Shown here piece after piece: positions 29,139 to 38,722 of a DNA stretch of 64,000 nt. Made by a program: the position numbers and the translations under genes. Source of the DNA: Desulfobacterales bacterium (GTDB taxonomy: Bacteria; Desulfobacterota; Desulfobacteria; Desulfobacterales; UBA5852). How positions within the stretch are numbered: the stretch's first letter is position 1; the number at the start of each line of letters is the position of its first letter. The DNA lies in contig CAXXVS010000002.1 of the NCBI GenBank assembly GCA_963674755.2, positions 544,001-608,000 of the forward strand, given 5' to 3'. Under the pieces are notes generated by a model, which saw only the letters and a list, made by a program, of their open reading frames with translations, had not been told where the DNA came from and made no database searches.

Positions 29139-30551
29139 ATGAGAACATTTCTATTATTTTTCGTAGCCGGTTGTCTGACAGCGATGGTGAATCCAGGGGG
29201 CCTTCTGGCTGAGTCCGAATCGGCGCCAGTGGCTAATATGCGTGTCCCCGATCTTCAGCAGATCGACGTATTGGACCTGGAAACCGCCCAGCGTATCGCG
29301 ATCGCAAGCAATCCCACGCTGACGGCGGCGGCCGAACGGGTCAATCAGGCCAGTGAACGCATCCGGCAGGCCCAGGCCGCTTATTGGCCGACCCTCGATA
29401 CTAATGGGTCGGTTTCACGGGTGGACATTTCCGAGAATGCCGAAGAAAGCCAGCAGGCGCAATTGCGGCTGCTCGATCCTTATGCCTCGATTGACAATCC
29501 CGAAGATTACTATCGCGCCAACCTCGTGGCCAGCTGGACGGTTTTCGACGGCTTCCGCCGCCACTTCAGCAATGCCTTGGCCCGTTATGGCCAGGACGCC
29601 AGTCAGGCCGCCCTGGCCGAATCCCGCCGGCTTTTGCTTTCCTCGGTGGCGGACAGCTATTACCGGGCGCAACTGGCGCGGGAAAACATCGCCATCACCG
29701 AAGCCGACGAAGCCTTCAATCAACGGCAGCTGGAAGAAGCCCAGGCCCGCTACCATGTCGGCAGCGGGTCGCTGAGCGATATCCTGAACTTCGAAGTCCA
29801 GGTCAATGCCGCGCGCTCCCAGCGTAACGGGTATTATCGGGAATACCAGATCGCTCTGGTAGGGCTGGCGACCCTGATGGCCATACCGGACGCCAGCCTG
29901 CCGCCCGGCGTCCAACTGGCCGGACTGAAACCGGAAGCCGAAAAGGATCTGATTGCGCCCGAAGCGCCCGGGCATCTGGATTATGCCCTGCTGCATCGAC
30001 CGGACATCCAGCAGAGCGAATGGATTCTGAAGCAGCAGGAAGCCAATATCGGGATCGCCCGCTCGAACTTCTATCCGGCGCTCCAATTGTCGGGTTCCGT
30101 GGATGGTGAACGTGCCAATTCCGGACGGTTTCAAGGCGATGATTTCGGCAACACGGTGGGACTCTACCTGACCTATCGCCTTTATTCGGGCGGCGAACGG
30201 CGTGCCCGTTTGGCCGAAGCGAAGTATCAGCAAAAAGAAGCCGAAGAAAACCTGCGCGCTTCCAAGCTCGGCGTGGCCTCCGACGTTCAGCAGGCGATTG
30301 CCAATGTGATCACCGCCCAGCATGAACTGGAATTGCAGCGCAAGAACGCCAAGCTGGTCATGGAAAACCGCGACCTGGTGGAAAAGGAATACCAGGCCGG
30401 CCAGGCGTCGCTCGTGCGTCTCAATGAAGCCCAGCGCAACCTTACCCAGGCCCAGGCGCGATTGGCCCTGGCCCGGGTTGGGCTTCGTCAGGCCCAAAAG
30501 AATCTCAAGGCCAGCACGGGACGCATTTTGCTGCCCTTCGAGACCCCTTGA
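29139..30551 (+). CDS. TolC family outer membrane efflux protein
   Basis: Signal peptide; two OEP repeats (AAYWPTLD, SNFYPALQ, YQAGQASLVRL). Confidence 0.9.
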   Translation: MRTFLLFFVAGCLTAMVNPGGLLAESESAPVANMRVPDLQQIDVLDLETAQRIAIASNPTLTAAAERVNQASERIRQAQAAYWPTLDTNGSVSRVDISENAEESQQAQLRLLDPYASIDNPEDYYRANLVASWTVFDGFRRHFSNALARYGQDASQAALAESRRLLLSSVADSYYRAQLARENIAITEADEAFNQRQLEEAQARYHVGSGSLSDILNFEVQVNAARSQRNGYYREYQIALVGLATLMAIPDASLPPGVQLAGLKPEAEKDLIAPEAPGHLDYALLHRPDIQQSEWILKQQEANIGIARSNFYPALQLSGSVDGERANSGRFQGDDFGNTVGLYLTYRLYSGGERRARLAEAKYQQKEAEENLRASKLGVASDVQQAIANVITAQHELELQRKNAKLVMENRDLVEKEYQAGQASLVRLNEAQRNLTQAQARLALARVGLRQAQKNLKASTGRILLPFETP

Positions 30552-31767
30552 TTCGCCCCTGAAGGCGTTTGTTGCGGAAGGCGCGTACAAGCATCCCCAG
30601 GGTCCGGACGGCCGACCGGATTTCTTCCGGCGTGGGCATGGTAAAATTGAGACGCATCGTGTTCAGGCCGGCGCCGGCCTCCGTAAAAAAGAAATACCCC
30701 GGCACGTAGGCCACCTGCTGCCGGATCGCTTCTGGATAGACGGTGGCCAGATCGATGCCGGCCGGCCCTTCAACCCACACGAACATACCGCCTTGCGGTC
30801 GTGACCAACGAAATTCCGGCGGCATAAAGTCGGCCAGGGCTTCCAGCATGGCGCTTTGACGGGGTCGGTAGAGCGCCAGGATATGGGGTAGGTGGTCGTG
30901 CAAATGCCCGCCCAGCAGGTATTCGGCCGCCAGGGCCTGATCAAAGGTGCTGGTGTGCAGATCGACCCCTTGTTTGGCAAGCACCAGCCAACTGCGGACA
31001 GGTTCCGGGGCGATGCAATAGCCGATACGCAACCCAGGGGCAAACACCTTTGAAAGGGTTCCCACATAAATCACGCGGTCGGGAATCAATGATTTGATCG
31101 GCGCGACCGCTTGGCCTTCGTAGCGGAGATCGCTGTAAGGATCGTCTTCGATTAAATAGGTGTTGTGTGCTTCGAGCAGGTCGGCGATGGCCTGACGGCG
31201 CGCCGGAGAAAGGGTGCGGCCGGACGGATTTTGAAAGGTCGGCACCAGATAGACGAATTTGACGGGTTGGCGCATCAGCATCTCGTCCAGCGCCTCCGGG
31301 ATGACGCCCTCGCCATCACAGGGAATGGCCGCGTAGCGCGGTTCATAGGGGGTAAAGGCCTGGAGGGCCCCCAGATAGGTTGGCGATTCCACGGCCAGCA
31401 GATCCCCGGGCGAGATCAAGATCTTGCCCAGGGCGTCAAGCGCACCCTGGGATCCACTTGTAATCAGAATATGGTCGGGGGCGACGTGAATAGAACGGTG
31501 CATCAGATGGGGCGCCAGGGCCTCCCGCAATGGGGTAAAACCCTCGGTCAGATCGTACTGGAAGGCGCGATGGGCGTACTTCTGGATGACGTCCCGGCTC
31601 AGACGGTGCATCAGCTCCAACGGGAAGCTTTCCGGTGCCGGAACCCCGCCGGCGAGCGAAATGACGTCCGGTTGGGAGGCGACCTTGAGAATTTCCCGAA
31701 TGGCGCTGCGTGACATGTGGCGGGTACGCCGGGCGAGTCCTTGAGCGAGTCTTTGGTCAGATGGCAT
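30505..31767 (-). CDS. PLP-dependent class I aminotransferase (LysN/ARO8-like)
   Basis: SAIREILK, ISLAGGVP, PTFQNPSG, IEDDPY, GTLSKVFAPGLRIG. Confidence 0.93.
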   Translation of the reverse strand: MPSDQRLAQGLARRTRHMSRSAIREILKVASQPDVISLAGGVPAPESFPLELMHRLSRDVIQKYAHRAFQYDLTEGFTPLREALAPHLMHRSIHVAPDHILITSGSQGALDALGKILISPGDLLAVESPTYLGALQAFTPYEPRYAAIPCDGEGVIPEALDEMLMRQPVKFVYLVPTFQNPSGRTLSPARRQAIADLLEAHNTYLIEDDPYSDLRYEGQAVAPIKSLIPDRVIYVGTLSKVFAPGLRIGYCIAPEPVRSWLVLAKQGVDLHTSTFDQALAAEYLLGGHLHDHLPHILALYRPRQSAMLEALADFMPPEFRWSRPQGGMFVWVEGPAGIDLATVYPEAIRQQVAYVPGYFFFTEAGAGLNTMRLNFTMPTPEEIRSAVRTLGMLVRAFRNKRLQGRIKGSRRAAKCVPCWP

Positions 31768-31781
31768 TGTATCGTCCCTTT

Positions 31782-31806
31782 ATAAAAAGACCGGTTGGTA
31801 TATTAT
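31782..31806. promoter_or_regulatory. Candidate TetR operator upstream of the aminotransferase
   Basis: ATAAAAAGACCGGTTGGTATATTAT, a degenerate copy of the site at 32523. Confidence 0.55.
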
Positions 31807-31846
31807 GAGGGGGCGTTTTCATGGCGTTCGCCCATAAGCCCCTTGC

Positions 31847-32446
31847 CTAAGACGTTCTCAGCTGATGGATATAAAGTCGGATTTGTCCGGCTGTGCGCTG
31901 CAGGACCATTTTATCGCGGCTGGCGACATAAAGGGTCGCCGCTCCATTGAGGGCAATGACAAGAAAATTGGCCACTTCTTTGAAGTCGAGCCCTGGCTGC
32001 AGCTGGCCCCGCTGATCCGCTTCCACCAGCCAGGACTGGAAAAGGCGGGCAAAGCCCACAAAGCCGCGCAGCATGTGGCGACTCATGCTGGCGGACTGGC
32101 CGGAGAGTTCCACCAGCATGTTGACGAAAAAACAGCCGCCATCGAAGGTGTCCTGAGCCAAATAACGCCGTAATACATGGTCGCAGGTGCGTTCGATCCG
32201 CAGCAACGGATCTTCGACTTGACGCATGCCCTGAAAGACCATTTTGCGCCAAATTTGCACCGCTTCATCATAAACGGCGTACCAGATATCTTCTTTGCTC
32301 TGAAAATGGCCGTATAATCCGCCCTTGGTCAGCGCTGTGGCCTGAAGGAGATCGCTGATGGAAGTGTGGAAATAGCCCTTGACGGAAAACAGATGCAGGG
32401 CTGCATGAATAATTTTCCGTCGGGTGCGGTCGCCTTTTGCAGGCAT
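31847..32446 (-). CDS. TetR/AcrR family transcriptional regulator
   Basis: TRRKIIHAALHLFSVKGY...TKGGLYGHFQSKE HTH. Confidence 0.95.
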   Translation of the reverse strand: MPAKGDRTRRKIIHAALHLFSVKGYFHTSISDLLQATALTKGGLYGHFQSKEDIWYAVYDEAVQIWRKMVFQGMRQVEDPLLRIERTCDHVLRRYLAQDTFDGGCFFVNMLVELSGQSASMSRHMLRGFVGFARLFQSWLVEADQRGQLQPGLDFKEVANFLVIALNGAATLYVASRDKMVLQRTAGQIRLYIHQLRTS

Positions 32447-32522
32447 GTCGGATATCCTTTTAGCGGGGCTGGATGAAGCCGCTTTGTAAGAGAGTCATGC
32501 GACGCCAGCCGTTTCGTGATTA

Positions 32523-32546
32523 AAAAAAGACCGACTGGTCTTTTTT
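32523..32546. promoter_or_regulatory. Candidate TetR autoregulatory operator
   Basis: AAAAAAGACC-GACT-GGTCTTTTTT inverted repeat upstream of the tetR gene. Confidence 0.65.
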
Positions 32547-32764
32547 ATGCCGCTATTCAATATTTCTGTCAACGGGTAATTTTTGTGGGGCAATCGATAG
32601 AGGGGGAGATTGAGGCGTCCGGGCTTTGCCTAAAGGATGACAAACGAATTCCAGGGAGATATAGTCGGTACGCATCCATCAATAGCATCTTTCGGATCCT
32701 GGGACGCCACCGGTGGATCGGGTCTCTGAATGGCAGAACACCGCGACAAGGAAATCTCCGGGTG

Positions 32765-33622
32765 ATGGACCCTGATGCGACAATGAAGGCGACCGGAAAA
32801 CTGCTGGCAAATCCGGCCGCATTGCAGCGCCATGTCCGGCTGGTTTTACAGACCAACCTTAGTGCGCATCCCGTGTGGGGTGATGAAATCGGCAGCGACA
32901 GCAGGCTGTCGGTCGTATTGTTTTTGCTCAACGTATCCCCGGATTCTCCCGGGCGCTCACCCGAACCCTGCCTCATTCTCAACAAACGCTCGGCCCGGGT
33001 GCCCCAACCAGGCGATCTCTGTTGTCCGGGGGGCGGCATCGAACCCCGCTTCGACCGCTTGGCTGCGCATCTCCTTCGCCTGCCCCTGTCTCCTCTGAGA
33101 CAATGGCCCCACTATCGCACCTGGCAGGCCAAAGCGCCCCGACAGGCCGCGCGACTGCGGCTGTTGATGGCGGCGGCGCTACGGGAGGGGGTGGAGGAGA
33201 TGCGCTTGAATCCCCTTGGGGTGCGTTTCCTCGGCGGGTTGCCCCCTGTACATCTGGTCATGTTCAAACGGACCATTGTTCCTTTCGTGGCTTGGGTCCA
33301 CCGGCAGCAACAGTTCCGCCCCAATTGGGAAGTCGAGCGGATCGTCCGAATCCCGTTGCGCACCCTGCTGGTTCCCGACGGCTACATGGCATTGCGCCTG
33401 CGAATGGAGGGCGGTAACGCCGGGGGGCGGGGAACCAACGCAAGCGAATTCCCGGCCTTTCGGTTCCGCTCGCTTAACGGGACGGAGATCCTCTGGGGCG
33501 CCACCTATCGCATCACCATGAATTTTATGGAACAGGTGTTCGGATTTCAGCCCCCTGAGCATACCCGTGGGGCGGCGATCGAGAAACGATTGACGGCCGA
33601 GTATCTCACCGGTAAGGGATAG
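32765..33622 (+). CDS. Nudix hydrolase, CoA-pyrophosphatase-like
   Basis: LNKRSARVPQPGDLCCPGGG, ALREGVEEM, EVERI, ILWGATYRI; start uncertain. Confidence 0.8.
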   Translation: MDPDATMKATGKLLANPAALQRHVRLVLQTNLSAHPVWGDEIGSDSRLSVVLFLLNVSPDSPGRSPEPCLILNKRSARVPQPGDLCCPGGGIEPRFDRLAAHLLRLPLSPLRQWPHYRTWQAKAPRQAARLRLLMAAALREGVEEMRLNPLGVRFLGGLPPVHLVMFKRTIVPFVAWVHRQQQFRPNWEVERIVRIPLRTLLVPDGYMALRLRMEGGNAGGRGTNASEFPAFRFRSLNGTEILWGATYRITMNFMEQVFGFQPPEHTRGAAIEKRLTAEYLTGKG

Positions 33623-33748
33623 ACTTGCCGGGCGGCTGACAAAAGCCCGCCGCGGGTGGGGGGCGATGTCGCCGGCACAGAAACGGGTCGCCCGGCAAGG
33701 TCAGGAAATCCCCTATAACGCACTGAACGACGAAAGGACGGCCGCAGC

Positions 33749-34546
33749 ATGCGTTTTGGCGCCATGAATTTTCCGATCCGATCGGTGGTGGATGAGATCC
33801 ATGCGCTGGGCTCCCTGGGGTTTGATTATCTCGAGCTGGCCATGGACCCCCCGGAAGCCCATTATCGTCTTCTGATATCCCAACACGACGCCCTGCAGGC
33901 CGCGCTGGACCGTTACGGCATGGGCTTGATCTGTCATTTGCCGACCTTCGTCTATACGGCGGATCTCACTGCAAGCATCCGGGACGCCTCGCGGGAGGAA
34001 TTGCTCAATTCCCTTGCCGCGGCCAGGGATCTCGGCGCCCAGAAGGTCGTGCTGCACCCCAGTTTCGTTGGCGGCATGGGGCGCAGCGCCCCGGAGCTGG
34101 CACACCGGCACGCCCTTCAGGCGCTCGATGCGGCCGCCCGTGAAGGACAGAAGCTCGGGTGTCGGATATGCCTGGAAAACCTCTTCGCGCGTTTGACACC
34201 GTTTACGACGCCGGATGATTTTGAGGCCGCCTTCCGGCGCTGGCCGCACCTGCGCATGACCCTCGATGTCGGCCATGCCTTTATCGACGGTCACGGCATG
34301 GCGCTTATTTTTGAGTTCGTGCGCCGGTTCGGGGACCGCATCGATCACATCCACATCAGCGACAACGGCGGCCGGGAGGACGAGCATTTGGCGGTCGGCG
34401 ACGGTGCCATTGATTTCCGGGCCTTGATCAGCACCCTGAAACAAATCGATTACGACAACACCATGACCCTGGAAATATTTACGCCGGACCGTACCGACCT
34501 CGTGCGCAGCCGCAGCCTCCTGGAAAAGTTGATCGCAGCGGTTTGA
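33749..34546 (+). CDS. Sugar phosphate isomerase/epimerase (xylose isomerase-like TIM barrel)
   Basis: CLEN, TLDVGHA, HIHISDN, DEHLAVGDG, TLE. Confidence 0.9.
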   Translation: MRFGAMNFPIRSVVDEIHALGSLGFDYLELAMDPPEAHYRLLISQHDALQAALDRYGMGLICHLPTFVYTADLTASIRDASREELLNSLAAARDLGAQKVVLHPSFVGGMGRSAPELAHRHALQALDAAAREGQKLGCRICLENLFARLTPFTTPDDFEAAFRRWPHLRMTLDVGHAFIDGHGMALIFEFVRRFGDRIDHIHISDNGGREDEHLAVGDGAIDFRALISTLKQIDYDNTMTLEIFTPDRTDLVRSRSLLEKLIAAV

Positions 34547-34616
34547 GCGCTGCCCCTTGCATAATGGCCGATAGGGTTGTGGAAGAACGATGTGGCACAC
34601 CTGCTGTTATCGGTGG

Positions 34617-35327
34617 CTACACCGTGATGCCCATTTGACGGAATTCTCTTTCCACAAGGGCGGTCCAGCCGCGATTGGCTTTGGGGTTAGCCGGGCTGGG
34701 ATGCGTAATTTTGCCGGCCGCGATCGTCAATCCCTCGACAGCGGTTTGCACGCGTGCAGCGGCAAAGGCGCCGACACCGACCGCAAGGCGGGGCCCTATT
34801 AAAACAAGGGTATCCCGCAACGCCCGATCACAGGCCGCCAGCAAGGGGGTGCGCTCCACCCGGGGCAGCTTGTCCGGTGTTCGATTGCGTCCCCCCGCTT
34901 CGATGAACAGCAGCGGGCAATAGTTGGCCACAAAGAAGTGTGCGAAAAACGCTTCCGGTGTGCCGTAGGTTTCCCGGGCCCATCCCCAAAGCCGCCGGCC
35001 GCTGACTTCACTCCGGCGGCAAGCGAAACCCTCCACCGGACGTTTGGGGTGCTCGGACACCGGTTTTCCCACAGGTGCCTCGATTCCCATCCATTGCCGG
35101 ACAGCATTGATTTCGCCGAACGGTATACCGGTCTGGGCCATCCCCCATGGACCGGGATTCATTCCCACCAGGACAACCTCCACTGATCCCTTGGCATAGC
35201 GTTCCAGATACTGGTCATAGGGCTGACGGGCATATACCAGCGGATTGTAGACATGGGTGACAGGGGAGCCGAAGGCGAGCTTCTGGAGATCCCTGATGAG
35301 GCGGTTGGTGACGGTGGTTAAATTCAT
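34617..35327 (-). CDS. SMUG1-type single-strand-selective uracil-DNA glycosylase (family 3)
   Basis: GMNPGPWGMAQTGIPFG, SEVSGRRLW, NYCPL, HPSPANP. Confidence 0.93.
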   Translation of the reverse strand: MNLTTVTNRLIRDLQKLAFGSPVTHVYNPLVYARQPYDQYLERYAKGSVEVVLVGMNPGPWGMAQTGIPFGEINAVRQWMGIEAPVGKPVSEHPKRPVEGFACRRSEVSGRRLWGWARETYGTPEAFFAHFFVANYCPLLFIEAGGRNRTPDKLPRVERTPLLAACDRALRDTLVLIGPRLAVGVGAFAAARVQTAVEGLTIAAGKITHPSPANPKANRGWTALVEREFRQMGITV

Positions 35328-35437
35328 AACAACAGTCTCCCCAAAAAACGACCCGTTGCCGATCCGGGGCGGCCTTCTTTTTTCACCGGAATGATGTCGG
35401 CGGCGCGGCGGGTCGATTAGCATGCCGATCGAGAATG

Positions 35438-35956
35438 TTACACCAGGTGAGCGATGATGTCGGGAATGATGTTATCACGGTTCTCCCAGGAGAGGGTTCG
35501 CAGATGGACGTCCCAGCGCTCTTTGACCTCGGCAATAAATCCGCCGCCGCGGTAGGCGATGGCGGCCAGAACTTTTTTGTCGGATGCGAGCACGGCCCGT
35601 GTTTTTTCGCGAAACAGGGCGGAGAGGCATTCCATTTTACCGATCTCGTCGATCACGACAAATTCAACCGTGGGATCAAGGAATGGCGTGGCGTCCAAGA
35701 AGCGGTCCAATCCGTCCACATCAACACCGTATTTGCCGATCCGAAAGGGACTTTGGAGTTCCACGTGCGACAGGAGGGCCGTGCGGCCATCCAGTCCGAC
35801 CAATTCGAATCCCTGCCGTTCGCCGTTCTGCCTCAATTCGCGGGTAATAAATCCCGTTAGCAATCGATCTCCAAGGGCATCGCACACGGCGCGAATGAGC
35901 GTACTTTTGCCGATGCCCGGAGGGCCGGTGATCAATAAATTGTTTGCCAAGATCAT
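35438..35956 (-). CDS. Nucleoside-triphosphatase (THEP1/NTPase_1)
   Basis: ITGPPGIGKST, GFITRE, IGKYGV, IDEIGKMEC. Confidence 0.92.
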   Translation of the reverse strand: MILANNLLITGPPGIGKSTLIRAVCDALGDRLLTGFITRELRQNGERQGFELVGLDGRTALLSHVELQSPFRIGKYGVDVDGLDRFLDATPFLDPTVEFVVIDEIGKMECLSALFREKTRAVLASDKKVLAAIAYRGGGFIAEVKERWDVHLRTLSWENRDNIIPDIIAHLV

Positions 35957-36165
35957 GGGAGGGCCTTTACCAAATGGTTAGCGGTACATATCGTAATGGA
36001 CGAAAAGGACGCATGGCATGCGTGCTGCGTTCGCTAACGAATGCGATTCGGCAACCCCTGGTGAGGAACGGCGTGCCTGGGAAAAACACTTCTCCATAAG
36101 AAAATGATTTCCGCTTTGAACCACATGATCTTGTTGCGAGATATGGGTTTGGCACGAGATATGGT

Positions 36166-36181
36166 AGGCACGAATTTTGCA
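36166..36181 (+). promoter_or_regulatory. Sigma54 promoter
   Basis: AGGCAC-GAATT-TTGCA, preceded by a duplicate -24 box TGGCAC at 36150. Confidence 0.65.
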
Positions 36182-36289
36182 ATTCTTTGCCTTCAGGCGT
36201 ATCGAAAGTGCCGCCGGAATACCGGCTAACCAGAGGGGGCATCCATCCCGGAAGTGCCCGCAAGTGATGCTTATCAAAAGGGGGCGTTG

Positions 36290-36691
36290 ATGGTCAATGT
36301 TGTTCCCCTATTCCGTAGAATGCATGTCCTGTTCGTGGAAGACGATTGGGTCATCCGTCAAATTCTGCTGGAGCATTTTTCCAAGGCCAACAACTGCCGC
36401 GCGGTGAGCTTTGCCGATCCGGCCAAAGCCCTCGATTATCTGCGAATCCAATGCGATGCTGAAAGTATTTTTTCGAATCTCGCGGTGGGTGGACGCGGCG
36501 GCGTCGATCTGTCATCGGGAGCGAGCTGGCAATGCCGGCTTGAGCTGGCCATAGCGCCTGGCTATGACGCCGAGGCGGACCGCTTTAGCGCCATTGAAGC
36601 CGGCCGAGGCTTTTTCCGCGTCAAGACCCATGAATATCTTGGCCTCTGGCAGCTTGTTCATCATAACCTGTCCCATTCCTCCTTCAAATAG
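36290..36691 (+). CDS. Degenerate single-domain receiver-like protein
   Basis: HVLFVEDDWVIRQIL...ALDYL; Asn (SIFSNL) where the phospho-Asp is expected. Confidence 0.5.
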   Translation: MVNVVPLFRRMHVLFVEDDWVIRQILLEHFSKANNCRAVSFADPAKALDYLRIQCDAESIFSNLAVGGRGGVDLSSGASWQCRLELAIAPGYDAEADRFSAIEAGRGFFRVKTHEYLGLWQLVHHNLSHSSFK

Positions 36692-36931
36692 CGTTTACCC
36701 TTACCCCATCACCCGACGTCACCCTTTGCCTTTCGCAAATGGGCCCGCATGGTGCTGTAAGCCTCCCAAGGAGGATCCACCGAACTATTGAGGGTGGGAG
36801 CGCGTGCCGGCGTGCTATAACGCCATGACCGGACATCCGACCTTGCGACCGCTGTGATGTGAAACGCACGGCGGAACAGCCAGGTCCGGTTCTGGGGCAA
36901 AAACATAAGGGGATGCGTGTACCCACGTACC

Positions 36932-37057
36932 CTAAATCGCATCCAGGGGGGGCAGAAGTTCAAAAAGGGCGGCCGGAGCGCCGCACACCGGACAGCGATA
37001 GGGGGGCTTGTCGCCATCATGGATATAGCCGCAAACAACACATCGCCAACGTTTCAT
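36932..37057 (-). CDS. Rubredoxin-like small protein (41 aa)
   Basis: [32 protein letters not shown]; two CxxCG motifs; GAGG SD. Confidence 0.8.
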   Translation of the reverse strand: MKRWRCVVCGYIHDGDKPPYRCPVCGAPAALFELLPPLDAI

Positions 37058-37233
37058 GGTCGGTTTGCCTCGTCGCCAAGAGGAGTACGCTTGATTTAGG
37101 TCATGCGAAGCATCATTATTTGATAGGTCAAATGACGCGGCGGTGCAAGGCGGATTCTTAAACAATCGAAATGCTCAGCAGCCGGCATCAGAGCGTAGGG
37201 CATCGTCGAAAGCGTCACATATGTGAGAACACC

Positions 37234-37491
37234 ATGCAGATCCGAGTCGAATGCTATGCGGGCTATCGCGGTGAAGAAACGCCGCGGCGTATTCAGATCG
37301 GGGACTGCCGCATGGAGATCGCCGAGATCATCGATCGCTGGCTGGCCCCGCGACAGCGCTATTTCAAATTCCGAACCACCGACGGGGCCCTATGGATTAT
37401 CCGCCATGACAACCAGACCGGCCAATGGGAATTGACCTTTTTCAAAAATCTTGAGGCCGGGTTGTTGGGGCCGGGAGGGCCGGGTGCCTAA
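37234..37491 (+). CDS. Conserved small hypothetical protein (85 aa)
   Basis: MQIRVECYAGYRGEETPRR...IIDRWLAPRQRYFK pattern. Confidence 0.75.
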   Translation: MQIRVECYAGYRGEETPRRIQIGDCRMEIAEIIDRWLAPRQRYFKFRTTDGALWIIRHDNQTGQWELTFFKNLEAGLLGPGGPGA

Positions 37492-37835
37492 GGCTCCCGT
37501 TTCCATGGGCCGCGAATCCCCTTTGGATGATTTCGGGTATGTCCCGTTTTCCCCCTAACACAAGGTTTCATTGAACCAAAAGGCCGCCGCCGGGTGACGG
37601 CTGGCGCGGCACCGGTATGGGGTGCAACAGCGCACATCCCCATGGTCAGTAGCGGAGATATGGTTCGCGTTAAGTTTGAAGACCGCGGGGCATATCGTCA
37701 GGGCTAGACCGTCTCGACCATCGCTTCAGATCAGGTTGCCCTTGTTGTATGGCGCCGCCTGTTATAAGAAACTGGAAATCCCAGTGTTGCGGATTGCGCG
37801 GCACACCATTCGATGATGATGAAATAGCGGTGGAT

Positions 37836-38654
37836 ATGGAAAAGCACGATTACTACCACATATTAGGCGTCTCCCAGGATGCGGATAATAAAGTAATCAA
37901 AGAAGCTTACCGGGAACTCGCTTTCAAGTACCATCCGGACCGCAACAAGGAGAATCCCGAAGCGGTCGACCGTATGAAGGCGGTCAATGAGGCCTATGCG
38001 GTCTTGTCCCATCCCGACAAGCGGCGCCAATACGACAGCATGCAACAGCAGTTCGGCGCTTCCGCCCACAGCCAGTTTCGACAGCACTATTCCGAACAAG
38101 ACATTTTTTCGGGCTCGGATATTTTTCGGATCTTTGAGGAAATGACCCGAATGCACGGCTTCCGGGGGTCGGAAGATATTTTCAGGGAATTCTATGGCCC
38201 CGGCTTCCGGTCTTTCAATGGCCGCGGCCCCGGCATGCGGTTCAAAGGATTCGTTTTCACCGGAAGAGGCCCCCATGGCGGCCGTTACAGGGGCGGAGGA
38301 CCTCCCCCATTCGGCGGGCGTGGTTTCGGCCGTCTGGCCCGGCACATGGTCGAGCGCCTGACCGGTGTTACGCTGCCCCAGGCGGGGAAAGACCGGGAAG
38401 ACTCCATCCGGCTTTCGCCCGAGACCGCCCGCCAGGGTGGCCCCTACGCCTACGACTACCGCAAACAGGACAAGAAACTTGTGGTCAAGATCCCCCCGGG
38501 CATCCGCGCGGGGCAGCGGATCCGCCTGGCCGGCTTGGGAGAACAGGGGCGCGGCGGCGGTCCGTCGGGAGACCTGTATCTGCGTGTAGAGATAACCAGA
38601 CCGATCTTGGATCGCTGGCGTGATCGGCTAAAAAGGTGGCTGCCGGGCGTTTGA
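37836..38654 (+). CDS. DnaJ/CbpA-type J-domain protein
   Basis: [22 protein letters not shown]-rich region; VKIPPGI...GDLYL; no zinc finger. Confidence 0.92.
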   Translation: MEKHDYYHILGVSQDADNKVIKEAYRELAFKYHPDRNKENPEAVDRMKAVNEAYAVLSHPDKRRQYDSMQQQFGASAHSQFRQHYSEQDIFSGSDIFRIFEEMTRMHGFRGSEDIFREFYGPGFRSFNGRGPGMRFKGFVFTGRGPHGGRYRGGGPPPFGGRGFGRLARHMVERLTGVTLPQAGKDREDSIRLSPETARQGGPYAYDYRKQDKKLVVKIPPGIRAGQRIRLAGLGEQGRGGGPSGDLYLRVEITRPILDRWRDRLKRWLPGV

Positions 38655-38722
38655 AGGCTTACGGGAGGCTTTTTTAAAGTGGCCCTGTGCGTCGGCGATC
38701 GGCTGAAGAGGAGGAATCCGGA

